A DNA stretch of 64,000 nucleotides. Origin: a bacterium (GTDB taxonomy: Bacteria > UBA8248). Below, piece after piece: positions 1 through 9,220 of this stretch (the first letter of the stretch is position 1; each line of letters opens with the position of its first letter). Made by a program: the position numbers and the translations under genes. The notes under the pieces are model-generated. The model ran no database searches. It saw only the letters and a program-made list of their open reading frames with translations, and was not told the origin of the DNA. The DNA lies in assembly GCA_965200245.1 (NCBI GenBank), contig CBDATS010000015.1, positions 288,001 through 352,000 on the forward strand, given 5' to 3'.

Positions 1-2
1 CA

Positions 3-1007
3 GGCTTGAAAGCCTCCCGCAAAATCGAAGAATATGCTTCAGGCGCCTGTCGAGAGGATTTAGTTATTTTCCTTCTTTCCGGTGGAGGCTCAGCCCTTAT
101 GCCCTCACCTGCATCTGGAGTTTCTCTGGAAGACAAACAATGCGTCACGAATTCTCTCCTGAAAGCAGGCGCTCCTATTGATGTCCTCAATTGTGTTCGA
201 AAACACCTGTCCGATCTGAAAGGCGGGAACCTGGCACGAAAAGTCTTCCCCGCCCGCATGATCGTTCTTCTCGTTTCCGACGTGATTGGCGACCCTCTTG
301 ACGTAATCGCTTCGGGTCCCGCCACCGGTGATTCAACCACGTTCGTTCAAGCGAAAGCGTATTTGCAGCGTTACGGCGTTTTTCAAAAAATGCCTGAAAC
401 AGTCAGAAACAGGATTGAAGCCGGTTCGAGAGGTGATATCCCGGATACCCCTCTTCCCGGTAACAAGGTTTTCAGACGTGTGAGCCACCATATCGTAGCG
501 AATAACAAAATCGCTCTTAAAGCATCATATGATAAAGCAAAATCAATGGGTTACAGTGTTAATGTGCAAACCGATTCCCTGAGTGGTAAAGCCAATGAGG
601 TGGGTAAATCGCTCGCGCAAGATGCCAAGAGGGTTTTTGGAGATCCACACTCAAAAAATTCGCCCAAGTGTTTGCTCTATGGCGGCGAAACAACTGTGAG
701 AGTCCTGGGAGATGGCCTGGGAGGGAGGTGCCAGGAACTTGCTCTTTCATTCGCTATTGAAATTCAAGGCCACCCAAACGTCTGTCTATTGGCCGCAGGC
801 ACGGACGGAAGAGACGGACCCACAGATGCGGCTGGAGCAATCGTGGATGGTAGAACTGCGAAAACGTCGGAAAAACAAGGCCTTGACCCAAATGCGTATT
901 TGCGCAATAATGACAGTTACAATTTTTTCCGTCTGCGGCGCGCGTCTTTAAACAGCGGACCGACAGGAACCAATGTAATGGATTTGGTGATTATGTTGGT
1001 GAATTAA
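3..1007 (+). CDS. Glycerate 2-kinase, MOFRL/TtuD family (5' truncated by window)
   Basis: LLSGGGSAL, SDVIGD..IASGP, GGETTV, GGRCQE, GTDGRDG and TGTNVMD motifs. Confidence 0.9.
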   Translation, partial: GLKASRKIEEYASGACREDLVIFLLSGGGSALMPSPASGVSLEDKQCVTNSLLKAGAPIDVLNCVRKHLSDLKGGNLARKVFPARMIVLLVSDVIGDPLDVIASGPATGDSTTFVQAKAYLQRYGVFQKMPETVRNRIEAGSRGDIPDTPLPGNKVFRRVSHHIVANNKIALKASYDKAKSMGYSVNVQTDSLSGKANEVGKSLAQDAKRVFGDPHSKNSPKCLLYGGETTVRVLGDGLGGRCQELALSFAIEIQGHPNVCLLAAGTDGRDGPTDAAGAIVDGRTAKTSEKQGLDPNAYLRNNDSYNFFRLRRASLNSGPTGTNVMDLVIMLVN

Positions 1008-1078
1008 AGGAAGCGCACAACTTACGGCGGTTATCCGTGATTCCGCGGGTCGCCCAATCGCCGTAAAATCCACAGGAC

Positions 1079-1828
1079 ATGATAATGAGATGTATTCAAG
1101 TGGCTATTTTCGCCATTTTGGCGATCTTGTTGGCCATGCAACAGCCTTTCCCTGTGTCCGCACAGCAGGAAAAAGTAGTCGCGACGGACTTTGTCTTGGG
1201 CCCGGACGCGAAATACTCCAAGCAATTCCCGAAAGGTTGGGTGCTAAAGGTATGGAGTGGAACACCGGACGTAAAATTGATTCAGGACGAGAACCCGGGT
1301 GCGGGAGTTCTTCGAATGCGAAGCGAAAAGGCTTCTGTTTCGATTCATCGTGAATTGAAGCTGGACCTCAAGAAATTCCCGCTTCTCTCATGGAAATGGA
1401 AAGTGACGAAACTGCCGGAAGGCGCGGATGCCAGGAAGATTGAGTCAGACGACCAGGCGGCCGGCGTTTATGTTGTATTTCCCCGGTTCCCCAGTATTCT
1501 CAACAGCCAATTCATCGGTTATGTTTGGGAAACAAGCGTTCCGGAGGGCACAATCCTGAAAAGCCGCAAGAATCCAATGGTCCATTATATTGTCGTCAGA
1601 AGCGGGATGGACCATCTCGGCAAGTGGATTACAGAAAGGCGAAACGTTATGGACGATTATCGAAGCGTGTTCGGCTCAGAGGCGCCAAAAGTCGGCGGCA
1701 TTGCGTTGATGATCGATACGGACGATACGTTTTCAGATGCAGAGAGTTTTTTTGCACAGGTCGAATTCAAAAGGGATGCCACCGGCATTCCATCACATGC
1801 TGATGAATTGACCGCTTCACTGCAGTAG
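1079..1828 (+). CDS. Secreted DUF3047-family protein
   Basis: Signal peptide; LSWKWKV, DDQAAGVYVVF, WITERRNV..DY and ALMIDTDDT motifs. Confidence 0.8.
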   Translation: MIMRCIQVAIFAILAILLAMQQPFPVSAQQEKVVATDFVLGPDAKYSKQFPKGWVLKVWSGTPDVKLIQDENPGAGVLRMRSEKASVSIHRELKLDLKKFPLLSWKWKVTKLPEGADARKIESDDQAAGVYVVFPRFPSILNSQFIGYVWETSVPEGTILKSRKNPMVHYIVVRSGMDHLGKWITERRNVMDDYRSVFGSEAPKVGGIALMIDTDDTFSDAESFFAQVEFKRDATGIPSHADELTASLQ

Positions 1829-1946
1829 TCGGTCCTTAAGTTCGACCTGCATTAATGACGGCTGTATTTGCACCAAGCCTTCTCCTTGTTAAAATTCCTG
1901 TCCAGTTTCTGGCGAAAATGATTCCACTCGACCGAGGTTTTGACTC

Positions 1947-2879
1947 TTGCCCGGCTCTGAAATCTATGTTGGTTTTGATCTCGGGGGCTCTTTTCTTAAG
2001 GCGTCGTCTTTCGGTCTGGATACGCAGTTACTAGAACGCCTTTCCCTGGATACAAAACACTGTTTGAAGACGCAAGATTATCTCGATTTATTCAAAGAAG
2101 CGGCGACAATCCTTTCTTCAAATAAACGCCTCCATGGAATCGGTATAGCCGTTGCGGGTGTTCTGGATTCGGATGCCGGCGTGATTGTCGAGTCCCCAAA
2201 TCTGCCCGCTCTTAGTGGAATTCCGCTATTGGGAATGTTGGAAGATGATTTCTCTCCTGCCGTAGTCAATATGATGAACGATGCAAATGCCGCTGCTCTG
2301 GGAGAATATTTTGCCGGGGCGGGTAAGGGGCATGAGAGCATGTTTATTGTCACGTTGGGTACGGGCGTGGGCGGAAGTTTCATTCAAAATGGGGAGGTCT
2401 GGGGGGGCGCGTCTGGAATGGCGGGGGAAATCGGCCATGTAATCATTGAGAAAAACGGCAAGTCATGTACGTGCGGGTCCCGGGGATGTCTGGAAGCCTA
2501 CTTCTCGGGCTGGTCCTTGGAGCGGGAGGCGCGAGCACATGCGGAAAAATATCCGGACTCTGCCATCGCGTCAACCTCTCACATTTCTCCCCGTGTCTTG
2601 GCAGAGTTGGCCGCTACCGACGACCAAGCATCAAAATCCATATGGAAAACCGGTGGTGGTGCGCTCGGAGTTGGAATCGCCAATATCATAAATTTGCTGA
2701 ATCCGGAATGTATTGTTCTCGCAGGAGGATTGGTGAACGCCAAAGAGTATTTCCTGCCGGCTGCCCAAAAGTCCTGGGAGAAGAATTCTTTCGAACAAGC
2801 GCAAAATTCATCGAAAGTTCTTGTGGGGAAATTAGGCGTATGGGCGGGGGTACGGGGTTCCATTCAACCTTTTTTGTAA
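1947..2879 (+). CDS. ROK-family sugar kinase (glucokinase-like)
   Basis: DLGGS, NDANAAALGE, TLGTGVGG, GEIGH and CTCGSRGCLEAY motifs. Confidence 0.9.
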   Translation: MPGSEIYVGFDLGGSFLKASSFGLDTQLLERLSLDTKHCLKTQDYLDLFKEAATILSSNKRLHGIGIAVAGVLDSDAGVIVESPNLPALSGIPLLGMLEDDFSPAVVNMMNDANAAALGEYFAGAGKGHESMFIVTLGTGVGGSFIQNGEVWGGASGMAGEIGHVIIEKNGKSCTCGSRGCLEAYFSGWSLEREARAHAEKYPDSAIASTSHISPRVLAELAATDDQASKSIWKTGGGALGVGIANIINLLNPECIVLAGGLVNAKEYFLPAAQKSWEKNSFEQAQNSSKVLVGKLGVWAGVRGSIQPFL

Positions 2880-3081
2880 AAATAAGCTGTAAGAATTATA
2901 CGTTCCGGGATCAGAAAAACATGAGTAAAACTGTTTTGCATGAGCGCTCTCCATACCGATTTCATTTCAAAAGCCATTCACCAAGCGAATAATTCGCAAG
3001 ACTGATTTCCCCGCGAGCATACTCCCTCTTCTTATCACAAAGTTCGTTTTTAAATTTCCCTGAAAAAATTTCGCTGCTGCC

Positions 3082-3111
3082 TTGACATGGATATATAGTC
3101 ATCTATAAACT
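3082..3111 (+). promoter_or_regulatory. Sigma70-type promoter of the DtxR/Fe-ABC operon
   Basis: TTGACA at 3082-3087; TATAAA at 3104-3109 (or TAAACT at 3106-3111) in an AT-rich intergenic region. Confidence 0.6.
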
Positions 3112-3114
3112 TGG

Positions 3115-3133
3115 TTAAGTTGAATTAACTTAT
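3115..3133. promoter_or_regulatory. Putative DtxR/IdeR-type operator
   Basis: TTAAGTTGAATTAACTTAT contains the palindrome TAAGTT-N5-AACTTA, resembles the 19-bp DtxR box, and lies just downstream of the -10 element. Confidence 0.6.
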
Positions 3134-3180
3134 ATATACGAACCAAACAAAATGATCTGTTCTAAAAAAGGAACTCCACC

Positions 3181-3705
3181 ATGGCTCGACAGCATTCCAG
3201 TGGTTCACTCTCGCCTAGCCAGGAGCACTACCTCCGCGCCATATTCGATTTTCAGGAAAGCAAAGGTTACGCACGCGTGACGGATATCGCCGCCATGTTA
3301 GGAGTGGCGAAACCGGCCGTTTCGGCTGCTGTAAAAACACTGCGCTCGAACGGGCTCGTATCACATCGTGTCTACGAAAGCATTCTCTTGACGGAAGAAG
3401 GCGCAAAACGGGCAAAGGGCGTATCTGGCAAGTTCTCTATTTTGATGCATTTCCTCACGGACATTTTGGGGGTGGAGGAAAAGCAAGCCTTTGTCGACGC
3501 ATGCATCATGGAACACTACGTTAGCGGAAATTCCATCGACAGATTTCTCGATCTGCTGCGGTTTTTCGAGGAGGCTGGCAATCAAGAAATATTGGATAAA
3601 TTCCATCAGTTTCGACGTTCGTGTGAGAGTGTCGATACATGTCCGACATGTTCTTACCATTGCGATATCAGTGTCATTGATTTCGACGATATGACGAAAA
3701 AATGA
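3181..3705 (+). CDS. DtxR/MntR-family metal-dependent repressor with Cys-rich C-terminus
   Basis: SQEHYLRAI, ARVTDIAAMLGVAKPAVS helix-turn-helix, DACIMEH metal site; tail CESVDTCPTCSYHC. Confidence 0.9.
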   Translation: MARQHSSGSLSPSQEHYLRAIFDFQESKGYARVTDIAAMLGVAKPAVSAAVKTLRSNGLVSHRVYESILLTEEGAKRAKGVSGKFSILMHFLTDILGVEEKQAFVDACIMEHYVSGNSIDRFLDLLRFFEEAGNQEILDKFHQFRRSCESVDTCPTCSYHCDISVIDFDDMTKK

Positions 3706-3825
3706 AGCAACTGGAACGACTGAATCGATTTCCAAGTCTCGAAGGTTTTTTCCATGCGGTTCCCAATGAGTCGCATCACTCAAACAGGTCATATGGCTGA
3801 CATCCATACACGGGAGGTAGAACGT

Positions 3826-4896
3826 ATGTTTGCGGTACGAAAAATAGCAAAGTTTGCATGGTTGTACGTTGGAGTTGCCATATTAGTCCTGCTGACTTCT
3901 CTGGTTTTAGGCAGGACTACAGCAAGCGCCGAAGAAGTTGTGAACCTCTACTCTTACCGGCAGCCTTTTCTCATCAAGCCGATTCTGAAAGCGTTCACTG
4001 AAAAAACAGGCATTGTGACCAATATCGTTTTTTCGAAAAAAGGCATGCTGGAGAAGATCAAAGCGACGCCGGGAGCAGCAGATGCAGTATTAACAGTGGA
4101 TATCGGGCGTCTGCACGATATGGATGAGGCCGGATTGCTACAGCCTGTTCAGTCGAAAGTATTGGAACAGAATATCCCCTCTTCCTATCGCCACCCCAAG
4201 GGCCATTGGTTTGGTCTCACGCTGCGTGGGCGTGTTATTTATGCCAGCAAAAAGCGCGTAAAACCAGGTGCCATTACCCGCTATGAGGATTTGGCCGACC
4301 CGAAGTGGAAGGGCAAAATTTGCACGCGTTCAGGAAAACATGTCTACAATGTATCTCTGTTTGCTTCTATCGTTGTCCATTCGGGCGAAGCGAAAGCCAG
4401 GAAATGGTTGATGGGCCTCAAATCCAACCTCGCCCGCAAGCCTAGCGGCAACGACCGCGCGCAAGCGAAAGCCATTTATGCAGGAGAATGCGACCTCGCC
4501 CTGGCCAATACCTACTATATGGCGAAAATGGCGACAAACAAGAAAAAGAAAGCTCAAAGAGAATGGGCGAAAGCAGTTTACATCGTATTTCCCAACCAAA
4601 AGGATAGAGGGGCGCACGTCAACATCAGCGGTGCTGCCATAACCAAGCATGCGAAAAACCGGAAAAACGCGGTTCGTCTCATCGAGTTTTTGAGTGGCGA
4701 ATACGCACAAAAACTCTACGCCGATCAGAATTATGAATACCCGTTGAAAAAAGGCGTGAAGACTCACCCACTCGTTGGTTCATGGGGAAAATTCAAAGCC
4801 GACACCATCAATCTGGCCGAGGTGGCGAGTAAGCGATCTGTTGCCTCCAAGCTGGTAGACCAAGTTGATTACAATAATTTCAGCCCCAGCAATTAA
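3826..4896 (+). CDS. futA: Fe3+ ABC transporter substrate-binding protein (FutA/IdiA-like)
   Basis: VNLYSYRQP, RSGKHVYN, GNDRAQ, NTYY and HVNISG motifs; GGAGG RBS before ATG 3826. Confidence 0.9.
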   Translation: MFAVRKIAKFAWLYVGVAILVLLTSLVLGRTTASAEEVVNLYSYRQPFLIKPILKAFTEKTGIVTNIVFSKKGMLEKIKATPGAADAVLTVDIGRLHDMDEAGLLQPVQSKVLEQNIPSSYRHPKGHWFGLTLRGRVIYASKKRVKPGAITRYEDLADPKWKGKICTRSGKHVYNVSLFASIVVHSGEAKARKWLMGLKSNLARKPSGNDRAQAKAIYAGECDLALANTYYMAKMATNKKKKAQREWAKAVYIVFPNQKDRGAHVNISGAAITKHAKNRKNAVRLIEFLSGEYAQKLYADQNYEYPLKKGVKTHPLVGSWGKFKADTINLAEVASKRSVASKLVDQVDYNNFSPSN

Positions 4897-4910
4897 CAGG
4901 TAGTATCAGG

Positions 4911-4959
4911 GCCACAAAAGTCTTATTATCCCCATTGCGGATTTAGGGGCTTTTGTGGT
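4911..4959 (+). terminator. Intergenic stem-loop after the SBP gene (terminator or mRNA stabiliser)
   Basis: CCACAAAAG...CTTTTGTGG inverted repeat. Confidence 0.55.
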
Positions 4960-5022
4960 CTTGGTATATGGTTAGATTCTGAAGCGTGATTTCTTTCAGG
5001 TGAGTCTCTTAACAGGGATGGA

Positions 5023-6714
5023 ATGAGTGCGAGTGCTGGGTCCAAAACAGAAGCCTTCCCCAGGCGCTATCCCAAAAGGTTTCAACTGGATTTCTGGACA
5101 AGCGGAACACTTCTGCTCGCACTCTTCATAGCGGCTCCTCTTCTGGCAGTAAGTATTTTCGCCATTCAACCAAGTGACGACATCTGGCATCACCTGCTTA
5201 CGACAGTCCTGTCAAGATATGTGATTACCACTCTCGGCTTGATGATGGGAGTGGGCATGGGCACCTTGCTCATAGGAACTGGCGCCGCATGGTTGGTGAC
5301 TCTTTGCCGATTCCCGGGGAGACGTATTCTTGAGTGGGCACTGCTCTTGCCCATGGCAATGCCAACATATGTCGTGGCCTATGTGTACACCGATGTTTTT
5401 GAATTTTCGGGCCCGGTTCAGACCCTGTTGCGCAACATCTGTGGGTGGGAATCGCGTCGAGACTACTGGTTTCCGGAAATTCGCACCCTTGGCGGCGCAA
5501 TTTTCGTCATGACGCTCACACTTTATCCGTATGTTTACCTGCTCGCGCGCGTCGCTTTTGTTCAACAATCGGTTTGCATATTGGAGGTGAGTAGAACGCT
5601 AGGCAAAACCGTGTGGCAAAGCTTCTTTTCCATTGCCCTGCCTTCAGCACGCCCATCCATTATCATTGGTGTCAGTCTGGTTCTGATGGAAGCATTGAAT
5701 GACTTTGGAACGGTTGATTTTTTCTCTGTGGAAACTCTCACAGCCGGAATCTTCGACGTGTGGCTTAATATGAACAACCTCTCAGGCGCTGCTCAAATTG
5801 CCGTTGTTTCTTTATGTTTTGTCCTGCTTCTTTTGTGGGCGGAAAAAAAATCACGGACTAACCAAAGATATTTCAATACTTCCACAAAATATCAAGCTCT
5901 CCCAAGTTACCAACTGCGAGGCGTAAAGATGTTGGGCGCTTTGAGCCTGTGTCTTTTCCCCGTAGGATTCGGCTTCATTCTGCCGTCATCCGTTTTGGGC
6001 TTTTATGCCTGGAACTATTATGAGGAAAGTATTTCGCGTGATTTTTATTCCATTCTTTGCAATAGCCTGGTTTTATCGACACTCAGTGCGTTCCTGTCAG
6101 TGTCTGCAGGTATTTTTCTGGCGTATGGCGTCCGTATGAAGGACTGCAAGTTGCTCAAGTTGACCGCCAGGTTCGCGAGTGTTGGATATGCTGTCCCCGG
6201 TGCAGTTCTCGCCGTCGGCGTCCTGATTCCGATGGGCAAAATAGATGTAGCCATCCAAGGTTTTCTGAATAATATTTTTGGTATCTCCACAGGTCTGCTA
6301 TTGAGCGGCACAATCGCAGCTGTCAGTTATGGATACTTAACCCGTTTCCTGGCGCTTTCTTACGGCACGATGGAAGCAAGTCTTATGAGAATTACGCCCA
6401 ACATGGATGGTGCCGCACGAACGCTTGGCCTGGGGCCCGGCAGGACGCTCAAGCGAGTGCATTTGCCAATGATCCGGGGTGGTTTGTTGGCAGCAGCTAT
6501 ACTGGTGTTTGTTGATACGATGAAAGAACTTCCCATGACAATCATATTGCGTCCTTTTAATTTTGAAACTCTGGCCACGCATGTTCACCAATTGGCTACT
6601 GATGAACTATTGGAAGAAAGTGCTCTTGGCTCTTTGAGCATTGTTGTAGCAGGTTTATTGCCCGTTATTTATTTAAGCCGTACTATCCGGGGAGCGCGCC
6701 CCGGCGCAGGATAG
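5023..6714 (+). CDS. futB: Fe3+ ABC transporter permease (FutB/FbpB-like)
   Basis: Duplicated permease with LYPYVYL, ALNDFG and DTMKELP..LRPFNFETLA motifs. Confidence 0.9.
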   Translation: MSASAGSKTEAFPRRYPKRFQLDFWTSGTLLLALFIAAPLLAVSIFAIQPSDDIWHHLLTTVLSRYVITTLGLMMGVGMGTLLIGTGAAWLVTLCRFPGRRILEWALLLPMAMPTYVVAYVYTDVFEFSGPVQTLLRNICGWESRRDYWFPEIRTLGGAIFVMTLTLYPYVYLLARVAFVQQSVCILEVSRTLGKTVWQSFFSIALPSARPSIIIGVSLVLMEALNDFGTVDFFSVETLTAGIFDVWLNMNNLSGAAQIAVVSLCFVLLLLWAEKKSRTNQRYFNTSTKYQALPSYQLRGVKMLGALSLCLFPVGFGFILPSSVLGFYAWNYYEESISRDFYSILCNSLVLSTLSAFLSVSAGIFLAYGVRMKDCKLLKLTARFASVGYAVPGAVLAVGVLIPMGKIDVAIQGFLNNIFGISTGLLLSGTIAAVSYGYLTRFLALSYGTMEASLMRITPNMDGAARTLGLGPGRTLKRVHLPMIRGGLLAAAILVFVDTMKELPMTIILRPFNFETLATHVHQLATDELLEESALGSLSIVVAGLLPVIYLSRTIRGARPGAG

Positions 6715-6731
6715 TGAGGGTCACGCTCTAA

Positions 6732-7805
6732 ATGGCCAGGCTCGATATTGAAAACATATCGCATTCATATGGAACCAAAGAAGTCATCGAGGATTTGTCC
6801 TTGACTGTCGAAGAAGGTCAGGTTGCATGTCTGTTGGGACCTTCCGGGTGCGGCAAGACGACATTGTTGCGTTTGGTGGCCGGGCTCACTTCGCTGCAAG
6901 TTGGAAGAATTTGCCTGGATGAAATTGCTGTGGCGGATCCCGAATGTCGAATCGAGATGCCGACAGAAACAAGAAACGTGGGATTCATGTTTCAGGATTA
7001 TGCCCTGTTCCCTCACCTGGATGTTTTGCAGAACATCACTTTCGGGCTCAAGAATCCCTCATCGGAAAAATTGGCTGAAATACAAAGATCCATGATCCAG
7101 ATGGATATTGTAGAACTGACAGATGCATATCCTCATACCCTATCTGGAGGACAGCAACAGCGCGTTGCCTTGCTTCGGGCATTGGCACCTCTGCCCAGGC
7201 TTCTGCTTTTGGATGAACCATTTTCCGGACTTGACATCAACCTGCGAGTCCAAGTCCGTGAAGATACACTGAGGCTGATCAACCAAATGGGCGTCACCAC
7301 ATTAATGGTTACACACGACCCGCAGGAAGCGATGTATATGGCCGACCACATCTTGGTCATGAGAAACGGCAAAGTCGAGCAAAACGGATCACCCCGCGAG
7401 ATATATCAATTCCCCGCTACGGAATTCGCTGCTCGTTTTGTCGGACAGACAAATATATTGCGGGGCATCATTTTATCGAACAGTTATGATGAGGTGATGA
7501 CGAATATTGGGCCCGTACCATGTCTTTCCATGCGTGGACTCGAATTCGGCACAGATGCCTTTATCTCCATTAGGCCCGAGAGCTTTGAAGTTGACCCCGC
7601 CGGTCCCTTTTGGGGGAAAATCTGTGCAATCCGCTATATGGGACAATCAATTTTGCTGGAAGTCGAAATAATCGATGAAATTGGCAAGGGCCACCGGTTG
7701 AAAATGCGTGTGCATCCCAACTTGAGGGTAGATGTCGGTGAGGAAATCAAGTTTCGCATCATGCCGGATTTCGTGACCGTAATCGAAGACCCTCTCGACG
7801 GTTAA
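6732..7805 (+). CDS. futC: Fe3+ ABC transporter ATP-binding protein
   Basis: GPSGCGKT, LSGGQQQR and LLLDEPF motifs; C-terminal TOBE-like region. Confidence 0.88.
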   Translation: MARLDIENISHSYGTKEVIEDLSLTVEEGQVACLLGPSGCGKTTLLRLVAGLTSLQVGRICLDEIAVADPECRIEMPTETRNVGFMFQDYALFPHLDVLQNITFGLKNPSSEKLAEIQRSMIQMDIVELTDAYPHTLSGGQQQRVALLRALAPLPRLLLLDEPFSGLDINLRVQVREDTLRLINQMGVTTLMVTHDPQEAMYMADHILVMRNGKVEQNGSPREIYQFPATEFAARFVGQTNILRGIILSNSYDEVMTNIGPVPCLSMRGLEFGTDAFISIRPESFEVDPAGPFWGKICAIRYMGQSILLEVEIIDEIGKGHRLKMRVHPNLRVDVGEEIKFRIMPDFVTVIEDPLDG

Positions 7806-8104
7806 CCGTCTTTCCAGGCAATTCATCCATTTCATTTGCGTTCTCAAAATCTTCAAAAACAATTTCCACCGATTTCCCCTTTGCTGCTTCCCTGGACGAG
7901 ATATCCAGTCACAATGGATGTATTTCAGGGTGCAGTGAAGGACACTCTGGTTGCGAAAGTTGACAGGAGATCGAAATGGAGAAAACAAGATGCCAGCAAG
8001 GAAGCATTGAACAGGACATGGAAATTGGCAAGAAAAGGGGCTGACTGTGGTTGAAAACAGAAGTCGATCAATATTTTGCGGAATTCCGTATGGAAATCCG
8101 ACAA

Positions 8105-9121
8105 TTACTTGACCCCTTCCCGAACTATTGGGAACACCTGCTCGGCCAACATTTGCATCGTTTCCAGAACAAGCGATTGTGGCATGCCCGGCCATTGAAT
8201 GCTCATGATGATGTGATTGATCCCGAGTTCCGCCAGTTCCAGCATTTTTTCCGCCACTTCATCCGGGGAACCAAGAATAAACCTTTCCTGCAACAGATCC
8301 TCAAACTGTTGACCCAAGTCGTCGTCCCCTTCGGGCATGGCCTTGTCTTGGCCCCAGCGATGGTATTCACGATATTTTATTTCCAGATAGGGCTTGCTGA
8401 GTCGGATTGCCTCCGCACGGTCTTTTGCAACGAATACCTCGCGGCGCATCGGAAATTCTGCAGGAAAAGGTTTGCCGAGCTCTTCCAGCGTCCGGCGGTA
8501 AAGCTCGATTTGACGCTTTGTAGTGTCGAGGCGATTGTGCGGGTTTACGTAATAGCAGTCCCCCAACCTGGCTGCACGTCGAATGCCGGCATCGCTGTTC
8601 GCTCCAATCCAGATGGGAGGATGCGGTTTCTGAATCGGCTTCAAAGGACAGGATGCCTCAACTAACTCGAAGTGAGAGCCTTTCATCGATATTTTCTCTT
8701 CCGACCAAAGTCGCTTGATGGCCTCCAGATTCTCCTCAAGTCGTTTGACCCTTTCTTTTTGTGTTGTGCCAAATCCCTTGAATTCTACCTCTCGATACCC
8801 TAGCCCTGCACCGAATATGAGTTTGCCGTTCGACATTACGTCAATGGTCGCCAACTGCTCGGCCATATCCATAGGTTTATGGAGAGACAAGAGTACGATG
8901 CCAGCATTTAGACGCAATTTGGGAGCCTCTGCATTGATCCGGGCCAAAAAAGGCAGTTGCTGGAAATCCTGAAGTGGATATGCGCTATAGTGATTCCCTT
9001 TCGTAATTGAAACGAAACCCAACTCTTCCGCCTTTCTGGCCTGCTCAAGCAGTTCCTGAAAACGGAACTGCATATTGTCTTCGAGCGTGAATTGCCCCCT
9101 TAGCATAACTCCAAATTGCAT
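8105..9121 (-). CDS. LLM-class flavin-dependent oxidoreductase (luciferase-like)
   Basis: AEELGF, AEQLATIDVMSNG, PIQKPHPPIWIG and GSPDEV motifs. Confidence 0.88.
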   Translation of the reverse strand: MQFGVMLRGQFTLEDNMQFRFQELLEQARKAEELGFVSITKGNHYSAYPLQDFQQLPFLARINAEAPKLRLNAGIVLLSLHKPMDMAEQLATIDVMSNGKLIFGAGLGYREVEFKGFGTTQKERVKRLEENLEAIKRLWSEEKISMKGSHFELVEASCPLKPIQKPHPPIWIGANSDAGIRRAARLGDCYYVNPHNRLDTTKRQIELYRRTLEELGKPFPAEFPMRREVFVAKDRAEAIRLSKPYLEIKYREYHRWGQDKAMPEGDDDLGQQFEDLLQERFILGSPDEVAEKMLELAELGINHIIMSIQWPGMPQSLVLETMQMLAEQVFPIVREGVK

Positions 9122-9220
9122 TTTTATCCCTTCGATTTCAGAAAAGTCATTTTGTCCTATACAAGTAGGCAAGTAGGTGAGACTTTAGAGACGCCTTCGC
9201 GGAAACGGATTTGACGAATA

